DNA from: Ascidiella aspersa
Taxonomy: Eukaryota
DNA: 64,000 nt
Direction: 5' to 3'
NCBI GenBank assembly: GCA_963924565.1
Contig: OZ004611.1
Span: 26,412,001-26,476,000 of the forward strand
Shown here: one piece after another, positions 44,301-53,300 of the stretch
Layout: the number at the start of each line of letters is the position of its first letter
Numbering within the stretch: position 1 is the first letter of the stretch
Notes under the pieces: model-generated
Databases searched by the model: none
What the model was told of the DNA's origin: nothing
What the model saw: the letters and a program-made list of their open reading frames with translations, nothing else
Translations under genes and position numbers: made by a program

Positions 44301-47300
44301 ATTGTTGCGGTTGTATAATGTTTTAAACACAACTTGTTAGCGAGATCTCTTTCCTTACTGGACACACGCATATCTACCCTTGCTAGATAATTTTTCCAAT
44401 TTACAACGACCCCTCATAAAGGTTATTTTTTAGCTTGTGGCACTGCATTAAATCTTAACTAAAAGTTGATGACTACCCGAGTCTTTATCAGTAAGCAGTC
44501 AATAAACACAATGGTGGTTACAAAACTTAGTTTCTTATTTAAATAGATTGAATTTAATATTATCAAATTTACCAACACTAAAAATTAACAAAAAATAAAT
44601 ATGAAACTTATAGTTGCACAGCACTAAAACACAGCTGATAACACTAACAAAGTCTCGCCTGAAATGAAGGACACGAATGAGACACGTTTCTGCTCGAGGC
44701 AAAACGCCACTATAGGAGCAGTGTTTAATAAAATAAAACACTAAAAGGTTAACAATAGCAAGGCCGTTACGTATTTTTTGTGCAATTAATGTTTTTTTTG
44801 GAAAACAGGTGGGAAGGATAAATCTCTGGTCTACTGGAAAACGCCAAACCTGTACATCGTGAGAAAATCTAACTTGTCACCCCACTTTGTACACGACAAG
44901 GCACACATGGACTGGATTACTTGCTGTGCTTACTCCTCAACCAACGTTGTTGTAAGTTAAGGGTTACTATTTTGCTTACTTAATTGTATGCACAAAACTT
45001 GGTTTGGTTTGCTAAAAATGTGACTCCTACAGTGGTAAAGGTGAGCTTTTTATAGTGCCTCGTTGTAACGGGCGATTTCTGCAAACATTTTATGAAAATA
45101 TTTTAACATCTAGGCAATAATATGTGAAATAATATAGTTGCTCAGTAATTCTTAAACTCGTGTCAATTTTCCGTGTGTGGAAGGCGAAGTTTGTAACTAT
45201 AAGGTGTTGTTTCGAAGGTTTATACGCCACTGTGAAATAAAAACTCTGTTTGAATTAGAAGTAAATGCATTCGATATTAATTTTGGAAAGAAATTTAACT
45301 GTATTACGAAGTATTGCGAATTTTCGCATGGAATTTTCGCAACGTTATAAGTTTACAGATGCCGCCACCACCTTTTAAGTAATCTTTCTCGCTTTTCATT
45401 TCTTGTAGTTTCATCAGGCCACAAATGCAGAAACCCACAAGCCAAACGTCGCCCTTTAATCTCACTGATCCCCTGACTCAGTTTTACTTTTAAGAATATC
45501 CCCGTTTATCACAAATTTCCTGACTCGACACGACAATTACTTTACAGTACACTTAAGGCACAGGCGACGGCCTCCATAGGTTATGCCAAAACGTAAAAAA
45601 AATGTAAACCAATAACATTCTTGGTAAAATAATTTGCGATTTAAATAAATTGGTTGCAGATAATTGAAAGAAATTTTAGTCCAAATTAAGAATTCGGTAA
45701 TTCTAATAATAGTCTAATTTGAGAAAACTCAAATGCTCTAATTCTAATTCTAATTTAATTTTGAAAAGCTAAAATAAATCTAGTTATCCAAGTCTGCTTT
45801 GAAGCCCATCGGCCTCTTGACTCAATTTTACCTTCCAGAATAACCCTGTTTAACTCAAATAACCTGAATCGGCTTGAAAATGACCTCACACTTGGCGATG
45901 CGATTTAAATTAAATTTGTCGTTAATAATAATTAAAATAAATTTTAGTTTAAATTCGTTGTTTTAAGAATTCGGTAATTCTAACTCTATTTCTAAGTTGA
46001 GAAAACTCAAATGATCAATTCTAATTCTAAACTAATGCGACAAAACTCAAATGCTCTAATTCTAACTTAATTTTAAAAGCTAAAAAAAGTCTAGAAGTCT
46101 ACTTTAAGTCCATCGGTCCGTTATCTCAGTTTTACATTCAAGAATAACCCTGTTTATCACAAATAACCTGACTCGACAATTACTTTACACTTATTACACA
46201 GGCGACGGGCTCCAACGACTGCAGCGTTAAGCTGTGGTCCCAGGGCCAGCTACTTCATCAGTTCTCCGGTCACCAGGGCTTCCTAACCAGCCTCAACTTC
46301 GCGCACGATTTCGTGGTTTCTACCGATAAGGCCGGAAAGATGCTGCTCTGGTCTCAAAGCGGAGTTCAGATTTCTTCGATCGAGTGCGGTGGCCAAGTAA
46401 ACGCAAGCGACGTTGCGGTGAAATTGATGGAAGTTGAAAAGGAGAGCGAAGATCCGACAGACGAACTACAATTTCACGGCAAGTTATGAGCTTTGGGACG
46501 AAAAAAATACACTAAAATTTACCAATAAACCGTTGGGAATCGAACAGTGACACAATTGCTTTGAAGTGGAACTGTACGTAATCCCAATTTTCGAAAAAGT
46601 AATATCTTGATGATTTCGTTAAAAAAACTTTTTTTGCCACCATTATCGCATTTTCGTGATGAAAGGCTGGAACTGTTGCGAATGCCCAAAAATTACCAAA
46701 ATAGAACTTTTTTTTTACCGAACAGCAGCTTAACACAATTGCTTAAGGTGGAACTGTACCTAATCCAAATTTTGAAAATAGGTAACAACTTATGTCGTTT
46801 AAAAAATAGCTATAATTTTTTCGCCTTCATAATTTTCGTAATGAAATACTGGATCTATTGTCAACTCTTAAAAATTAGCAATGGACCTTTACTTATCGAA
46901 CAGCATATTAACATAATTGCTTTGAAGAAAAAAAGGTGCCTAATCAAAATTTTGAAAAGAGTAACAACAAAGATCTCGTTAAAAATACTTTTTACGCCAC
47001 TATTATCGCATTTTTGTAATAAAAGTGCTCTAACATTCGCGAATGCTAAAGCGGTTGCTTTCATTTGCAGCATATTACAAAGCTGTATTGGGTGTTTTTA
47101 GTTGTTTTTTTTATTTTAAGCAAATCAAATTTCATTAAATATAGCTATTAATAACTGTTTGTCAGAATTTTATTTGGGTGATAATGGTTCAAATACCGAA
47201 AACCAGTATAATGTGTTATGCTACTAAGTTGTTCGGGTGTAGAGAAAAAAAACTATGTCTATCTTTTAAGAAATAAACTATTTTTTGGATTTTTTAATAG

Positions 47301-50300
47301 CTTGTCAATTTTTTATTCATTATACACTTTTCTAAGAATGGAAACTATTTTTAGATTTGTTACTATTATAGGTTTAAATTTTTATCAAAACTGCTCATTT
47401 CTTTCAGATAAGTATAACATATCTTTGTTGTCAGATTGGGATGACCAGGTCGAATATGAAAACTGGAAAAAGGAACACGACGCCGCCGTTTTGCAGAAAA
47501 CCAGGAAGAAAAACGCCCTTGGTTTGGAAAAAGTGGATTCAATAGTGGTTATTACTGCGCAGAGTGCAACCGTACAAATGTGGAATCCATTAGAGGTAGG
47601 TCAATTAAAAAAGCAAGTAAAAAAAGGTCTAAACCTATAAATTAATAGGCAAAAGGCTTCCCTGGTTGTATGTTAGCAGTTTTCAGCTCTTATGCGGAAT
47701 AAGTTATATTCCTACTTCTATTACATTCAACCTGGGATAAAAATCTGTGGCGCTATGGAGCGAGTTTTTTCGATTATTTTATAGGATTTGAAAAACACAA
47801 AAATTTTTTTTGGTACGCAGGTCAGAAAAACGCCCAAAGTTGTACGCAGTCAGAAAAGTGATTTGTATCATTATGTCCTATTTTATCGAGAAAAATTTGA
47901 CGAAAACCTATTTTCTCTTTTACCATTAAAAAACTAGGTTGTGATTAAGGGTGTAAAACCGAAAATAGGAAATAAAAGTAAAGTTGGTCTTGCTGTCACA
48001 TAAAAAGCTTTCGATAGTTTTGTTTTGTATTTACAAAAAAAAGTAAACTGTTTTTGTCAGTGACCTTAATGCCTGATATAAATTCTGTGTCTTACTTGAT
48101 TTTAACGTTATTTTAAGAGTGAGAATGTGGCGCAAATCACTGGCCACACTGACGTAATAACCTCGGTACGTCACAACGCAAGCAAGATATTTTCTTGTGG
48201 TCGGGATGGCGTCATCAACTTCTGGAACCTTCCACAAGAACAAAGTCCTAACAAGGGCAACTTTATTGGGTAAAAAACTTGTTACCTGTTTTTATTTGTT
48301 GTGCTTTTTGTTTATATTGATTGTTGTGAAACGTTACCTGTAGGCCGTAGGGTGATTGACTCGACAAAAAAAGTCAAAACTTTGTAAAATTTGCACGTTA
48401 ATTTGTCAAAAATATGTAAGTCTAAATCGAATGAACAAATATCCTCTAAGTAAGACATTAAAATCAAGTGATCAACGACCAAGCCACTGATGCAGTACTT
48501 TATACAGCAATGCATTTTTTTTAAATTAATGCACTCCTCATAGGTCAAAAAAAATTTTTTTTTTTTAACGGTGACTTGATGTTAGTGAGAAAAATACTTA
48601 ATATCATACGAAACCTCGCATTTCTAGATATACTTAACATAAAAAAACGTTTCGTATATTATAACCTCTGCTAATAAGTTTCCAAGGCATTTGTGCTGTT
48701 ATTTCTTAACCTTAAATCCGCAATGACATTTTTGCAGTCATGAAAAAGAGATTACTGCAATGGTCCGAACCGGCAAGTACGTTGCATCTGGTTGTATGGA
48801 TGGAATCATTAAAGTCTGGTCAAACGTACCAAGCGGATTGTTGCTTGTTTGTTCTACTAAGGTTGGTCTGGGATTCTTTTTTTTTTCTTTTGAAATGTAA
48901 ACTGAGCATTTAACGCTTACATTTGTTAATGTTTATTATTGTCTAGAGTCACATTTTTCGTCTTGCCTCACTTGATAAACTATAGGTCAATTTTGCAAGA
49001 TAATAAAAATATCACCAAATTATTCGCAGCACACTTTCTTCATAACCAAATTTTTATAACTTTTACGTGACAGGGAAATACGCAACTGTCTTGATATAAT
49101 CATTTTTAAATTGGCAATGTGCATTCAAGTCTTGCGTATTGCTTGCCTTGTCATTTCTAAAACAAAAAACGCTACATCCTTAAAATTTCGAGGCACACTG
49201 ATTACTTTACATTGTCTTGTCTATTCACAAAAGAATTTCATGTATACGATAACTTAGTAAAGGTAATTACTAATATATGTATTTAGGGGCAGTGTTCCCG
49301 CTAAGCACATATTTATGCGGAAGTGTCCCACTTTTACTTCAGTAAAGTTTAAAAAATTTGGTCACTTTTACGTTTGATAATTTGTGGACTTTGCCCACTG
49401 ATTGTGGCTCTCGCGCAAAGTTATAGGCACTTGTGCACGTGGTAAAAAATAGAGGAAACACTGCAATCGGGGTATATTGCAGTGTTGTAATGACTTAAGT
49501 TATTGACTTCACTAAAGTACACTTAAATCACTGATTTCCAAAGACTTTGACCTGACTTAAGTCAAATGGGAAAAATGACTCGACTTGACTTTGGTTCGGG
49601 TAAATGACTTGGGTTGCAATAAAGTGTTTTTTTAGGTAGTTTTTTAGAAAATTGAGCTATTTATCAAAATTTGCACATAAAACAATTTTCTTGCTGGACG
49701 TTGTTTTTCTTATTGTTTAGTTCAGTTATTGCTTATAAAATCGTACGAGTTTAACCATCTAATAGTTTAATATTTTATTTTTATGACAAGGACATGGCTT
49801 AAAGTTGACTTGCTCTGATTATGACCTGACTGGGACTTGGCTTGCGCAACTGATGACTTTGACTGGGTCAAAAAGATTTGAGTTGGAATTAAGTTATTTT
49901 ACAAACGACTTGACTGGGACTCAAGTCACTTTTAAATGACTTGTTTACAACACTGGTATATTGAGAACGAAACCAATTAAAAAAAAGTGTGTAACTCTGT
50001 GTGCTTTCAGGCTCACACCAAACAACTCTCTGGAATTTCAGTCATCGGCCAAGTCGGCGCCAACATTTTCTTGGCCACTTCTTCGTTCGACGGTTTTGTC
50101 AAAACATGGCAAGCGAAGACGGACAGCAATGAACTCATGTGAGCGAATTCTCTGCTTTAAGTAAACTTTGATTTAAAATAACATTTTTTTACACGATTTG
50201 ATTACTAGCTGTAGACAGTCCTACTACTTTATCTAAACATTTATTTAATTGTTTGTGGCGATATTTTAAAGTATAATCAATAGAAAACACCTTTAAGTTT

Positions 50301-53300
50301 AAAGATAAATGTGGCTAATCGATGTAAGATATATTAAAACATTAAAGAGTTTTTGGGGTTACACGTGATCTCGATATTTAAATTACCCTGGTTTGCGGCA
50401 AAACCTAATGTAAAGGCATACAACACCTTTGACCGAAAGTAGTAGAATGCTTATAGTACACAATTAAATCGGCCATAAAATACTTACATTGAGCAAGGTT
50501 AACACTTTTCAATGGCATTCCTATTATGTTAGCAATTCAGGTGGGTATCCAGAAATCCAACACTAAGGTTTCCGAAATTGAACTTAGGGAATTCTAATAT
50601 CTTTAGTCTGACGTTACTGAATAGGGATGTCATTACTTCACGCAAAAAACTAAACAAAGACCGTGAAATATTTGCGACTGATTTTAGTAGAATCATGTTT
50701 CGACCATCAGCAGCGCAGTTTCCTAAGTTCCATGTACGTTACTAGTTACTACCCCTTCCCCCATGCAATATTACACAGAAAGCAATATTTGTAGTGGAAG
50801 AGTCATCTGTCTGAAAGATTTGGGTGGATAACCAAGCGAAAGGTTGTCAACGGTGAATTACAAAAAAAAACTTATGTCGTTTCACAGAGAACTGGACAAG
50901 GCTGATCTGAGCAGTGCCGTGACTCTACTTCATTGCAAGGACAGTTTGCTCACATGTGCCACTTCGGATGGAAAATCCTGGGAACTGACATTGAAAAAGA
51001 ACCTAAAATTCCAGCTGCCAAAAACAAGACAAAAAAGGTACGTGACGTAACAATATCTTCTAGAATTGCATTGTTCTACATTGAATAAAGTGTACTGTAT
51101 ATTTTCCTACAATTAAACTGTTGAAATAAGGAGCTCTAGATGAAGATAACCGGCTTAGCTTTTTAGGAATAAACGAATTTGCATAAATGCTCCCTTTTTT
51201 GTATTTGTATACCTAATTAGTACGCAATTTGTTTTGTGTTTGTGCTTTTTTTTACGTAGCCTAAATATGACAACAAATAATCAGTGGTATTTTTCCTTTA
51301 TATTTTGTTTGAATTTTTCTTTTCTTACAGTGAAACCGCAAAGGTCTCGTGGTTTTCTTTGTATGTCAACGACCAACTTCTCACAGACCAGGCTATCTCA
51401 CCGTCTGGCCCAAGTATGTGTTCTACTTTTTTGTGAGCAATGTCAATTCAATTCAAAAACCAAAATCAGTTAAAGCACTTTCATTCATAAAAAATACCTA
51501 AAAGCCCTTGTAATAGCTTAAGAAGTGCACTGTGAAAATAAATCTGTTAACAAGGTCTAAAACTTTTAATGTAAATATGCAATTTCGCCATTTAAAAAAA
51601 TGGCATCATCTGTTTATCTGTACAAATAAATTGTAAAAAAATTTAAAGTTTTACAAATGTAAAATAAGTATTATTATAGCACAGAGTAACTGGATTGTTT
51701 GAGGTATTTTGAATTATAGGTAGATAAATATTTATCTACGTTTAACATTGTTGCTCTTCGAATTAAAATAAACCTTTTTTAAATCTGAAAACAAGTGGCA
51801 CTTTTAACAAGTTGTGTTTAATGATTGTTGACAAGCTTTCGCGCAACCGTGCTTAAGGTTTGACCTGATGAAGCACGGTTGTATGAAACGCTCGACAACA
51901 GTGAAATGCAAAGTGCAAATTGTTTTCAATTTTCGAATAAAACAAATACGGTTATCAACCATTTTTTCCAGATGTTGTTGCTTGCGCTTCTGGCGCATTT
52001 ATCTCCTGCATGAATTTTATTGACGAAGGGAGTGCACTTGCATTTGGAGACAATCTCGGAAACATTTACCCCCTTAAGAAAACCTTAAGAAGGGTACAGT
52101 ATTTCTTGGGAGACAAACCTTTATTTATATTAATGTTTTGCTAGTGTAATCTACTTTCAATGGTTTGAGTTTCTAAACAAAGCATATTTTTATATATAAT
52201 TAAAGGTATTTTTTATGCTGTAATTTTCTATTTGCTGTGCTGTAAATGTATATGTATTTATGCTATGTTCTATGCTGTAATTGTATTTTTTCTTTTCTGT
52301 AAATTTGTATATAGTTAATTAATATTCATGGTGTGCTGTAATTTTTAACCATTCTCTTCTATGTACTTTTTTTAGATCCACGCTGATAAAATCACTTCCA
52401 TCAATTCCTGGCGTCAATATGTGGTCACTACTTCTTTCGATCGTATGGTCAAGGTGTGGAGAAAAGATAATTTCAAACAGGTTTGTTAAATGGAAACTTT
52501 ATTTAAGTGTTACGGTTCTTTACGAAATTAATAAAGCCTAATTTGTTTATTTTAATACATTGTATTGCAAAGATGTTGTGGGCGGTATATGGAGACCTGA
52601 TTTTTAGGGTGATTAAAAGTTAATGTTATTATAATTGGTACACCGAAAGCCATCGCCGAGATAACCGAACCTGTCGATTAAATGATGCAACTAAACAAAG
52701 ACTAAACAAAGATCAAGGCAGGCTCGAAAAATAACTATAGCCTGCAGTGAGGTTCGAACTCACGACCTCCGGCCATACCGGCCTGTTAATTCAAACTTTT
52801 AAATGTCTAATTGAATGACAATCGTTTTTTAGTTGAAATTTGTCTTTCTTTAGACAATTGCTTGATGTTTTATTGTCGTTAGCTCGTTGGCTTTAAATTA
52901 CAATTTTTTTTTCATGAAGGTTTCACCTGCAATCAAATATTTAATAGACAACAGAAGAATGACCAATAATTTGCATTCATAAAACATAAATTTAAAACTT
53001 CAAGGGCTATATCCAGGGTTACCATCTGCTCAGACCAAAAAATAAGCACGCTACACCAAAAAATAAGCACGCTACTAAAGATCAGGGACAGATCCAGGAC
53101 TTCGGGGGTGATATCCAAGCTTTCAGAAATAACGTTATAAAATAAAATATAAACCTAAAACACCTATTTTTGTATGCGCAAAACGTAGCTTAATCCCACG
53201 AAGCGTGAAAATAATGCGTTTATTTGATCGAAGTTGGTAAAACCTTTTATTAAGAGACCAGGCGGCGCCAAACCAGCATTAAGGGCGTTTATAAAATGTT

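Noticed and set aside
46607-47101. 164-aa ORF
   Set aside because: It lies in an AT-rich intronic tandem repeat, has K/I/L/F-biased composition and shows no recognisable motif.
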